Part shown: positions 36,829 through 44,785 of the stretch, piece after piece
Position numbering within the stretch: position 1 is the stretch's first letter
Layout: each line of letters opens with the position of its first letter
Origin: Syntrophorhabdaceae bacterium
GTDB lineage: Bacteria > Desulfobacterota > Syntrophorhabdia > Syntrophorhabdales > Syntrophorhabdaceae
Assembly: GCA_963665295.1 (NCBI GenBank)
Contig: OY762209.1
Coordinates: 3,008,001 to 3,072,000, forward strand
DNA length: 64,000 nt
Reading direction: 5' to 3'
The notes under the pieces: model-generated
Told to the model about the DNA's origin: nothing
What the model saw: the letters and a program-made list of their open reading frames with translations, nothing else
Databases searched by the model: none
Made by a program: the position numbers and the translations under genes

Positions 36829-38409
36829 TCACTGCACGTGAGCAACTATCTCATTCTTGAAATATTTCAGCGCGCTCGAGACAGGGAGGTAGAGGGACTG
36901 TCCGAGAGGACAGAACGACGTATCCTTCATTACCTCCGAGATCCGGAGAAGACCATCTACGTCACCCTTTGTCGCCGAGGATGAGGCCACGCGATCGATT
37001 ATCTCTACGAGGCGTGCGGTCCCGAGTCGGCACGGCACACAGTGGCCGCATGACTCGTGTTTGAAAAAGTGGAGCACGCTCTTCAGCATATCTACCATGT
37101 CGGCATCCTCGTCCATGACGAGTATCGCCCCTGAACCGAGGGCCGCGGAATATTCTCTCAAGTTGATAAAATCCATCTTTACATCAAGCATGTCCGGCCC
37201 CAGGAAAGCGCCGGCGGCTCCGCCCACGAGAGCGCCTTTGAACTTCTTTCCGGCTCTCATGCCTCCACCGTACTCGAATATGATGTCCCTGAGGGTGGTG
37301 CCCATCTCCACCTCAATAAGACCGGGTGTCGCCACATGGCCGAGGATGGAGTAGACCTTGGTCCCGGGACACTTCTCGGTGCCGTACTTCTTGAAGTTCT
37401 CGGCGCCGTTCAAGATGATCTCGGGTATATTCGCGAGGGTCTCCACATTGTTGACCACCGTCGGTTTGCCCCAGAGACCCGCGGTAATAGGGTAGGGCGG
37501 CTTATTTCGTGGATGGCCTCTTTTCCCTTCCAGAGATTCGATGAGGGCCGTCTCTTCACCACAGACATATGCCCCTGCGCCTTTTTTGACGGCCATATCG
37601 AAACTGAAGCCCGATCCGAAAATATTGTCGCCCAGGAGCCCGTAGCTCCGGGCCGCGATAATCGCTTTTTCAACCCGCTCGATGGAGAGGCCGTATTCTC
37701 CCCGGATATATACGAAGCCCTTGCTGGCTCCTACGGCATAGCCCCCGATGATCATGGCTTCCACGAGCTTGTGGGGGTCTCCTTCGAGGATCAGCCGGTC
37801 TTTGAACGTGCCCGGTTCCCCTTCGTCGGCGTTACATACGAGATATTTTTCCGGGTTCTCCACTTTTATGGCAAATTCCCACTTGAGCCCTGTGGGGAAC
37901 GCGGCTCCACCCCTTCCCGCCAGTCCGGCATACTTTACTTCAGCGACCACATCTTCGGGCTTCATGGAAGTGAGTGCCTTCCCTGCAGCCTCATAGCCTC
38001 CCGCGGCGATCGCTTCTTCTATGCTCTCCGGGTTGATGATACCGCAATTCTTGAGGACGATACGGGGCTGTTCTTTCAGAAGCCCTGTAGTCTCCTTTTT
38101 TACGACGGTGCGTTTCGGTATTTCGGTCAGTATGAGGCGGCCCACCTGTCTTCCTTTGAGCAGGTGTTCCTCCACGATCTCGGGAACATCCCCGGGAGTC
38201 ACGTTGGCATAGTAGATGCCTTCAGGGTAGACTACAAGCACTACGCCCTGATCTTCCACGCCCACGCTGCCCGTTTCGAGTACGGCGATCTCTTCCGCGA
38301 GTCCCTTGGCCGCTATCTCTCTTACGAGCGCATCCTCCACCGTCCTCGCGCCCGCGATCACGGTGTTGGCGTCAATACTTATAAGCACATGATTTCTCAC
38401 CATATTCAT
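36829..38409 (-). CDS. NuoF-like beta subunit, non-bifurcating-type (short, Fe-S-depleted)
   Basis: DEGEPGTFKD, PPYP, GGAAG, CGHCVPC; the N-terminal thioredoxin-like domain lacks its cysteines; no C-terminal ferredoxin domain. Confidence 0.9.
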   Translation of the reverse strand: MNMVRNHVLISIDANTVIAGARTVEDALVREIAAKGLAEEIAVLETGSVGVEDQGVVLVVYPEGIYYANVTPGDVPEIVEEHLLKGRQVGRLILTEIPKRTVVKKETTGLLKEQPRIVLKNCGIINPESIEEAIAAGGYEAAGKALTSMKPEDVVAEVKYAGLAGRGGAAFPTGLKWEFAIKVENPEKYLVCNADEGEPGTFKDRLILEGDPHKLVEAMIIGGYAVGASKGFVYIRGEYGLSIERVEKAIIAARSYGLLGDNIFGSGFSFDMAVKKGAGAYVCGEETALIESLEGKRGHPRNKPPYPITAGLWGKPTVVNNVETLANIPEIILNGAENFKKYGTEKCPGTKVYSILGHVATPGLIEVEMGTTLRDIIFEYGGGMRAGKKFKGALVGGAAGAFLGPDMLDVKMDFINLREYSAALGSGAILVMDEDADMVDMLKSVLHFFKHESCGHCVPCRLGTARLVEIIDRVASSSATKGDVDGLLRISEVMKDTSFCPLGQSLYLPVSSALKYFKNEIVAHVQ

Positions 38410-38864
38410 AGGCTGCTTCTCCTTTCCTCCAGAACAGCATCAACCCTTTCCGGAGTAAGTTTCCCGATTGTTTCGTCATTCATCATGAGGGCCGGCGCGA
38501 CTCCACAGACTCCCAGGCAACTGGTCAGCTCAAGTGTAAAAAGACCGTCGGGGGTGGTCTCTCCCACGTCTATCTTAAGCTTCTGCTTCAAATACTCGAG
38601 AAGCGACCCCGAACCCATCAAATGGCATGGGGGCGATTCACAGAGCCTTATGATATAGCGGCCGCGAGGCGTCAGGCTGAACATCGTGTAAAACGTCGCC
38701 ACGCCGTGTACGAAACTGTAGGGCAGGTTAAGGTAGTCGGCGCACATCTTTATATCTTCCTTGGCCACGTAATGCTTCTCATTGTTGTCCTGAAGCTCAT
38801 GCAAGATATAAAGGATATTGTCCGCCCGGGGTTCAAACTTTTTAAGTATGGCTTCTCGATACAA
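38406..38864 (-). CDS. NuoE-like [2Fe-2S] subunit
   Basis: ILHELQD, VATFYTMF, CESPPC...CLGVCGVAP. Confidence 0.9.
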   Translation of the reverse strand: MYREAILKKFEPRADNILYILHELQDNNEKHYVAKEDIKMCADYLNLPYSFVHGVATFYTMFSLTPRGRYIIRLCESPPCHLMGSGSLLEYLKQKLKIDVGETTPDGLFTLELTSCLGVCGVAPALMMNDETIGKLTPERVDAVLEERRSSL

Positions 38865-38878
38865 GATGTCACCCTCCT

Positions 38879-39238
38879 TTACTTTGCTTCGATTACGTAA
38901 TCCACGACGGGTCTGTTACCCACCAGATGCTCCTCAACGATCCTCTTCGCTTTCTGGGCGTCGATACTGCCGTATACAACTGCGGGCTTTCCTTCTTCAA
39001 AGACTTCTATCATGGGCTCTTGTGACGCGAGCCCCTTCTCACCTGTCTGGGTAACGACCACGTCCAGAAGGTTTCTGGTGCCGATTTCCTCGACGAAGGT
39101 CTTCAGTACTTCCCGCGCTCCGGCAGCGATACCACTCGTTCCCATTCCGACCACTACTTTGATCCGGGTCTTCTTTTGCCGCAATTCGATGTCTTTTTCC
39201 GCCTTTTCTCTAATCTTCCGAAGCTCTTCTAAGTTCAT
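38879..39238 (-). CDS. HndB/HydD-like thioredoxin-fold subunit lacking all cysteines
   Basis: VVGMGTSGIAAGAREV...TQTGEKGLASQEP...EEHLVG matches the HndB family, but the protein contains no Cys. Confidence 0.8.
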   Translation of the reverse strand: MNLEELRKIREKAEKDIELRQKKTRIKVVVGMGTSGIAAGAREVLKTFVEEIGTRNLLDVVVTQTGEKGLASQEPMIEVFEEGKPAVVYGSIDAQKAKRIVEEHLVGNRPVVDYVIEAK

Positions 39239-39283
39239 AGTGCCTCCCCTTGTACATGTGGCTAATTTATATAAACTACAGAC

Positions 39284-39312
39284 AATTTATATAAATCGCA
39301 AGTTGTCGTCAA
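39284..39312 (-). promoter_or_regulatory. Sigma70-type promoter of the hnd/hyd/fdh operon
   Basis: Minus strand TTGACG-N17-TAAATT in an AT-rich gap upstream of the 39238 start. Confidence 0.55.
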
Positions 39313-39318
39313 CGCCTC

Positions 39319-39336
39319 TTGTTAAAAATTTCACAA
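39319..39336. promoter_or_regulatory. Rex operator
   Basis: TTGTTAAAAATTTCACAA, one mismatch to TTGTGAA-N4-TTCACAA, just upstream of the -35; rex is encoded in the same island. Confidence 0.75.
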
Positions 39337-39437
39337 TACCTCTGCAAATTTCAAATACCTTTCCCTGCTTCAATGACTGCTTCCTCACTTGTATACAAAT
39401 AGCGTATTTTTTCTGCCTGCACCGAATGTACAAAACT

Positions 39438-39977
39438 TTATATGAAATGCAACTTTTCGTCAAGAAATTCTGTGAGAAATCTCACAACCTCCGGATGATT
39501 TACAGGCACCTCGCCTATGATCGTCTTTATTTCCTTTGTATACAAGGCGAACTCCTTTCCGTTCCCGCGGTAGATGAAAGAAAAGTCAACCTCGGGGTTT
39601 CCCACCACCAATACCATTATGGTATCCTTCAGATTTCCCAGGGGAGGCAGGTCCGGGTGGTCAAGCTGGAATGTCGCATGGATCCTGACGCCCTTGCCGG
39701 GCGTGCTTTTCAACTCGAACTCTCCTCCGCACGTCTCCGCCGTACCCTTGAGAAGGGGGATGCCGAGGCCCACCTTCTTTCCTTTCTTTGTGGAAAAGAA
39801 AGGGTCGACCACTCTTCTCACCGTCTCTTCGTCCATGCCCTTGCCATCGTCCTTGAACGAGAGGGAGAGGACGTTGCTCTTTCGATCCGCTTCAATAGTG
39901 ATGGCGATATTCCGGGCTCCCGCTGTCAGGGCGTTTGCCGCTATGTCGAGGACGTGGGCGCATATCTCTTCCATCAT
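39438..39977 (-). CDS. Stand-alone HATPase_c (histidine-kinase-like ATP-binding) protein typical of hnd clusters
   Basis: HVLDIAANA, DDGKGM, DPFFSTK, GLGIPLL, STPGKG. Confidence 0.85.
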   Translation of the reverse strand: MMEEICAHVLDIAANALTAGARNIAITIEADRKSNVLSLSFKDDGKGMDEETVRRVVDPFFSTKKGKKVGLGIPLLKGTAETCGGEFELKSTPGKGVRIHATFQLDHPDLPPLGNLKDTIMVLVVGNPEVDFSFIYRGNGKEFALYTKEIKTIIGEVPVNHPEVVRFLTEFLDEKLHFI

Positions 39978-40283
39978 AGTATTATCGCTGTCCGCTTGAG
40001 ATATAGTATAGAAGCCCTTGTCATGTGTCTATCCGTAATACTACGTAATTCCCGCCACCAAACCACGTAAATGCAGACTGTTCCCGCCGATTTACCAAGC
40101 AACCTTCATGCCACGAAGGCATGCATTTGAAATCAGGAGGTTTATCTCGCGTATCGCGAGAACCCCTCATTATTCGTTGCATTTTATTGATGCAGTCTGT
40201 GCAATTATTATACAACTTTTTGTTGAAGTATTCCACTGGCTGCACCATGGTAGCCACTGAGTGAACATCGCGGTCACGCCCCG

Positions 40284-41012
40284 TCATCTCCCATCCCTCA
40301 TCTCCTGAAGGGCCTTCACCACGCCTTCGAAACAGGGTTCCTTCATTTCGAGGGCGGTGCGCCTCTTACCTATGTCGGAAAGATAGTGGGCGTCCGAAAA
40401 TGTGACAAAGGGGATGTTTTGTTTTCCCGTGATGAAAGGGAGCATAAGGGGGATATTGGCCCTGTCGCGTATTTCCAGGGCATCGAAGGCAAGGTTGTCC
40501 GGAATATAACCCAGTTGACCTATGATGCTGAAGGTCTCACTGTCGATGTGAGACGGCACTACGATCCCCCCGAGTGATTTCGCGAGAGACACTGCGTCGT
40601 CAAGGGAAATATCAGCGGAATTGAGGAGGAGCCGCTCCTCGAAGCGGACGATGTTGTCGAATTCGTCGACCACCACCTGGTCGCCGAAATAGTCGGGGTT
40701 GTTTGGGACAGGAGGCAAAAAAGGATAGATTTGTCGTTGAAAATCCAGCGCTGTCGCGGCCTCCCCGAAGACCATGAGAAGGTGTATCTCTTCTCTTGTC
40801 TGTAGTTCCATGCCCGGCAAAACCGTGACCCCGACCTTCCTGCCTACCTCATATGCACAGATCGCATTTTCGGCCATGTTATGATCGGTTACCGCGATAA
40901 TGTCGAGACCGGCTTCACACGCCCTGCCGACAATATCCCTGGGGGACATTTCAAGAGACGCGCAAGGCGAGAGGGTTGAATGGATATGGAGGTCGCAGGA
41001 ATAAGTGCTCAC
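40284..41012 (-). CDS. PHP-domain phosphoesterase
   Basis: DLHIHSTLSPC, AVTDHN, PGMELQT.EEIH, SHID, SDAH. Confidence 0.9.
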   Translation of the reverse strand: MSTYSCDLHIHSTLSPCASLEMSPRDIVGRACEAGLDIIAVTDHNMAENAICAYEVGRKVGVTVLPGMELQTREEIHLLMVFGEAATALDFQRQIYPFLPPVPNNPDYFGDQVVVDEFDNIVRFEERLLLNSADISLDDAVSLAKSLGGIVVPSHIDSETFSIIGQLGYIPDNLAFDALEIRDRANIPLMLPFITGKQNIPFVTFSDAHYLSDIGKRRTALEMKEPCFEGVVKALQEMRDGR

Positions 41013-41023
41013 TCACCTTTCCC

Positions 41024-41356
41024 TTATTTCAAGGCGTCATATAGAATTCCGCTTATTTCGAAGGCCGTGCGGCGGTCTCTCAAGATAGCGATGCCTTCCG
41101 CTTTCGCTTTTTCGATTACCCCGTCTTCCACCGGGAGATTGCGGGGTACTACGATTGCACAGATATCCTTAAGTTTGGCAACGCCGAGAATGTTGATATG
41201 CCTCTGAACCGTAACCCAGACGGCATTCCTGTTTGCATTTGCAATCACGTCGGATAGAAGATCGGACGTATATCCCGATTCAATCGTCTTGTCCAGATTC
41301 ACGTCTCCTGTGAGGTTTTCGAACTTAAGTATATCCACAAGCTCACCGAGAGTCAT
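41024..41356 (-). CDS. DRTGG-domain protein
   Basis: GYTSDLLSDVIA...VWVTVQRHINILGVA. Confidence 0.82.
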   Translation of the reverse strand: MTLGELVDILKFENLTGDVNLDKTIESGYTSDLLSDVIANANRNAVWVTVQRHINILGVAKLKDICAIVVPRNLPVEDGVIEKAKAEGIAILRDRRTAFEISGILYDALK

Positions 41357-41466
41357 GGTTTCCTCCTTTATAAACTAAGAGCATGGCGAGGGCACACGTC
41401 CCGGAGGTCTTCTCCGTGCTCCGGCGGTTCCCTGCGGGGCTGTTATTTTTTGAATGTCTTCCGGTA

Positions 41467-42819
41467 TCAGTCATGGGACTCATCTTTTGTCGCGTTATTC
41501 GACATGGCAGGCGGCAGTTTTCTCGCGAGGTCGAGTATCTCCTCGGCCAGAGTCTTTACCCGGCCCCGGAGCTTTATGATACAGTCCGTGTCGAAAGCGA
41601 GTCCCCGGACGATGTCTTCCGCAAGGGCGCGGCAGCTCGGCGATCCGCATGCGCCGCAGTCAAGGCCGGGCAGTTCCTTGGTGATTGTGTCAAGGCGCTC
41701 CATCTTTATAAGCGCCCTCGACATATCCTCATCAAGGACCATGATGGGCCTGGGCTGAATCGGGGCGACAAGTTCGAAGGCACCTGCCTCATAGATCTCC
41801 TTCAGGTGTTCGTCCTGATAGTAGGGCGTTTCAACGGAGCACTTCTTCACCAGGTGGCGCAACCTTACACGCCCCACGAAGAGGTTCTGAATGTTGAGGG
41901 GCCCGCCCACGCACCCTCCTATGCAGGATTGAAGCTCGATGAAATCAACGTCTCTCAGTTCGCCTCGCTCTATCTCTTCGAGGAGGCTGATAACATTGTG
42001 GATACCGCTTACCGCAAGGCTTGTGCCGAAATCGACTCCCTTGGACTCGCCGGTAACATACCCCCACGCCATACCCACATTCCCGGCCCTGTGGAGAGAA
42101 CGACGGTCCGGATTTGCCTTGTCCCTGGTGACTTGTTTCAGGATATCCTTGTAAATCAGGGAGACCCCGATAACGCCGTCAACTGAGGACACCCGGTCCG
42201 TAATGGGGCGTTTCATCTCCGTCACCTTTGCGGGACACGGGGAAATAAAGAAGGCCCCTATTTCTTCGTAGGGAAGGCCGGTCTTCTTGACCGCCTCTTC
42301 TTTCGCGAGGCAGGCGGCTACCTCCATGGGCGTCATTATGGGCAATACCCGGTCCAGGAGGTCGGGAAACTTGATCTGCATGAGGCGCAGCACTGCGGGA
42401 CACGCGGAGGAAAAGAGGGGTTTCTTGAACTTTATCCTGTCAAGGTACTTGTGAACTATATAGGTAACTATTTCCGCTGCAAGAGCCACCTCGAACACAT
42501 CATCGAACCCGATGTGGAGAAAGGCGTCGAGGATGTCCTCCGTTTTTATCTCCTCGCTGAACTGTCCGAAAAATGAGGGCGCCGGCAAAGCGATCTTGTA
42601 TTTTATGTGGGAGAATTTGTCGAGTGTGTCCGTTACGGCTATTTTCGCGTGGTTAGGACATGCGCGGATGCATTCGCCGCAGTCGATACACCTCTCCTGC
42701 ATGATCTTCGCTTTCCCGTCATGGACGCGGATCGCTTCCACCGGACATCGCTTTATGCAGTTCGTGCACCCGGTGCATTTTTCGTAGTCAAGGGTAACTG
42801 AATGAAAATAATCAGACAT
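41467..42819 (-). CDS. Sensory/ancestral-type [FeFe]-hydrogenase (group D-like HydS, no PAS)
   Basis: 2x[4Fe-4S] N-terminus; SSACPA, SPCPAKVTE, ELQSCIGGCVGGP; C-terminal LPGLDCGACGSPSC Fe-S domain. Confidence 0.85.
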   Translation of the reverse strand: MSDYFHSVTLDYEKCTGCTNCIKRCPVEAIRVHDGKAKIMQERCIDCGECIRACPNHAKIAVTDTLDKFSHIKYKIALPAPSFFGQFSEEIKTEDILDAFLHIGFDDVFEVALAAEIVTYIVHKYLDRIKFKKPLFSSACPAVLRLMQIKFPDLLDRVLPIMTPMEVAACLAKEEAVKKTGLPYEEIGAFFISPCPAKVTEMKRPITDRVSSVDGVIGVSLIYKDILKQVTRDKANPDRRSLHRAGNVGMAWGYVTGESKGVDFGTSLAVSGIHNVISLLEEIERGELRDVDFIELQSCIGGCVGGPLNIQNLFVGRVRLRHLVKKCSVETPYYQDEHLKEIYEAGAFELVAPIQPRPIMVLDEDMSRALIKMERLDTITKELPGLDCGACGSPSCRALAEDIVRGLAFDTDCIIKLRGRVKTLAEEILDLARKLPPAMSNNATKDESHD

Positions 42820-43327
42820 GCAAGACTCCTGTTTCAACCTGGTTGCCATCCCTCTGAGGCAGGTAAATAGTCGCCTTCAGGGTGGTCCCGTTGCCCGCCC
42901 GGGTCTCGATATCGAGAGTGTCCGAGCAATGCTTGATATTGGGCAGGCCCATACCCGCTCCGAAGCCCATTTCCCTCACTTCGTCCGGGGCGGTTGAGTA
43001 CCCTTCCTGCATGGCCAAATCCAGATCAGGAATTCCCTCACCCGCATCGTCGGCAACGATGGTCACGTGGTCGGGAACGATGATTACCTGAATTTCTCCA
43101 TGATTTGCGTGGATGACGATGTTCATTGCGGCCTCGTACACTATGATAGCCACGTTCTTCACTGTCTCCTGATTCAAGCCCAGTTGCTGGAGGGCCTTCT
43201 TCGTTTTCGATGCGGCCTCGCCCGCCATGATGAAGTCCTCATCATTCACCTTAAACCGCAGTGTAAGGCGGGGCTTGCTGCTTGAATTCTCCGCCGGCTC
43301 TCTCACTCGGTAGACCCTCTCTTGCAC
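42812..43327 (-). CDS. Anti-sigma-factor-type Ser/Thr kinase (RsbT-like HATPase)
   Basis: AGEAAS, YEAAMNIVIHA, D.GEGIPDLDLAMQEGYST, GAGMGLPNIK. Confidence 0.88.
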   Translation of the reverse strand: MQERVYRVREPAENSSSKPRLTLRFKVNDEDFIMAGEAASKTKKALQQLGLNQETVKNVAIIVYEAAMNIVIHANHGEIQVIIVPDHVTIVADDAGEGIPDLDLAMQEGYSTAPDEVREMGFGAGMGLPNIKHCSDTLDIETRAGNGTTLKATIYLPQRDGNQVETGVLHV

Positions 43328-43662
43328 CCTTCAATGCCGCACCCGTAAAGGAGGCCGGAGCACTTGTATATCAGGAAAGGAGTGGAAAGGAGCGGAATAT
43401 TGGCGTGATTCACATTAGTAATAATGTCCGCATTCGGTCTTTTCCCTCCCACGAAGACCACGCCGACCGCGTCCATTACCTCAGCGGTGTGAATTACGTG
43501 GGCATTCGTCAGAGAGGTGACAAGCAGGGTACGTGAACCTGCGAAGGCAAGCATTTCGCTTATCAGATCACAGGCAAACGCCGTTTCTACGTCTTTATCT
43601 AAGAATTGATGTCCGCACAACACTTCAGCATCAAGAATTTCCTGAACTTCTTTTAAAGTCAT
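43303..43662 (-). CDS. DRTGG-domain protein
   Basis: AFACDLISEML...LLVTSLTNAHVIHTAEVMD..GVVFVGGKRP. Confidence 0.82.
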   Translation of the reverse strand: MTLKEVQEILDAEVLCGHQFLDKDVETAFACDLISEMLAFAGSRTLLVTSLTNAHVIHTAEVMDAVGVVFVGGKRPNADIITNVNHANIPLLSTPFLIYKCSGLLYGCGIEGCKRGSTE

Positions 43663-43695
43663 AATCCTGGGTTATCTCCCTCCCTGATTCTTAAT

Positions 43696-43724
43696 CAACT
43701 ACCGGGGCTGCAACTACCGGGGCT
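43696..43724. repeat. 14-bp direct repeat CAACTACCGGGGCT x2
   Basis: Exact copies at 43696-43709 and 43711-43724. Confidence 0.9.
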
Positions 43725-44122
43725 CGCGTTGCCCCCTCCACGAGCAAAGCTCATGGAGTCTTACTCTTTCGCGAACTGTGTTCGCTGATGTTCCGGACCC
43801 TTCGGGAGGCCGTTCCGGCAACCACACGGGTCCGGTTTGCCTGTCGGCACGGATGCTCTCCCGGCGGCCACGCCTGCAACAGACCGGCCGCCGCCCGGAT
43901 ACCCCGGCCAAGGGGAACCCGCCCTTCTTCGACTGCCTTCGAAACTCAAGGTGGTAAGCGATAAACCACCGCGTCCCGTGTCTCTCCTGTTGAAAGCGGC
44001 GTCACATCCTTGTGACGACCGCCCTTAAGGATACTACATGCCTTGGCGCATGTCCAGGGGTGCGCGGACTATCGGCTAAAGACCCCATGTTCTTGTTATT
44101 CCTCCGGTATTTCCTATACCTC

Positions 44123-44566
44123 CTAAATGTATTTCCCCATGATGTATTCGTTCAGGTACTGAATTTCAATCTTCTGCTCCTTGATAATGGCCTTTACCAC
44201 GTCTCCGATGGAGACAAGCCCGGTCAGCTTTCCCTTGTCGATAACGGGGAGGTGTCTGATGCGTTTTTCCGTCATGAGGGAAATGCATTCGTCGACAGTC
44301 GTCTCCGGTGTCACCACGTAGAGTTCCTTTGTCATGATGTCCTTGGACTCGGTTTCTTTTGACGATCTTCCTTCGAGTATGACCTTTCGTGCATAGTCCC
44401 TTTCTGAAACCACGCCTGCCAGTTTTCCACCTTCATCGATAACCACCAGAGCTCCCAACCCTTTGTCCTGCATCAGTTGGAGTGCCCTATACACCAGGGT
44501 GTCGGGTGATACGGACCAGACTTCACTTCCCTTGCTTTTAAGAATTTGGGCTACCGTAGTCTTCAT
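44123..44566 (-). CDS. CBS-pair domain protein
   Basis: WSVSPDTLV..AL.LM..K.LGALVV...GVVSERDYARKV...IRHLPV...VSIGDVVK. Confidence 0.92.
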   Translation of the reverse strand: MKTTVAQILKSKGSEVWSVSPDTLVYRALQLMQDKGLGALVVIDEGGKLAGVVSERDYARKVILEGRSSKETESKDIMTKELYVVTPETTVDECISLMTEKRIRHLPVIDKGKLTGLVSIGDVVKAIIKEQKIEIQYLNEYIMGKYI

Positions 44567-44709
44567 GTGTCACACCTCCAGAAGGTTATTTGCGCATGGC
44601 TTTCAGGCCCCATGGTGAGATCGCCTTTGCCTTGCTTCATAGTAATTATACTTCATTATAACATATTTTGAAGACATTTCCGGATACAAGACCGGTCCTG
44701 TCACGAAAA

Positions 44710-44738
44710 TTTACATCACCTGCCGTTTGGGTTATAAT
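44710..44738 (+). promoter_or_regulatory. Sigma70-type promoter of hydE
   Basis: TTTACA-N17-TATAAT. Confidence 0.65.
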
Positions 44739-44785
44739 ATAAAGGGAAATCAACCCCTTTTCCCCATCAAAAGAAGGCGGAACGC

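Noticed and set aside
31245..38658. Several long plus-strand ORFs (416, 387, 440 aa)
   Set aside because: All lie antisense to well-supported NuoF/HydA genes and lack motifs
17318..38864. NuoE/NuoF/NuoG-like genes as respiratory complex I
   Set aside because: No membrane nuo subunits; the partners carry H-cluster or Mo-bisPGD motifs
40021..40287. 88-aa ORF between the PHP and HATPase genes
   Set aside because: No recognisable features; the region looks like an AT-rich promoter gap with short palindromes
43696..43724. Direct repeat as a CRISPR remnant or an IscB/IS200-605 end
   Set aside because: Only two 14-bp units with a 1-nt gap, no spacers, and no cas, iscB, tnpB or tnpA nearby; the resemblance to CAACTACC ends is too short
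43815..43845. c-di-GMP-I or Moco riboswitch in the structured leader
   Set aside because: Only fragments (GGCAAACC, GCCTCCCG) are present; the remaining conserved core elements are missing
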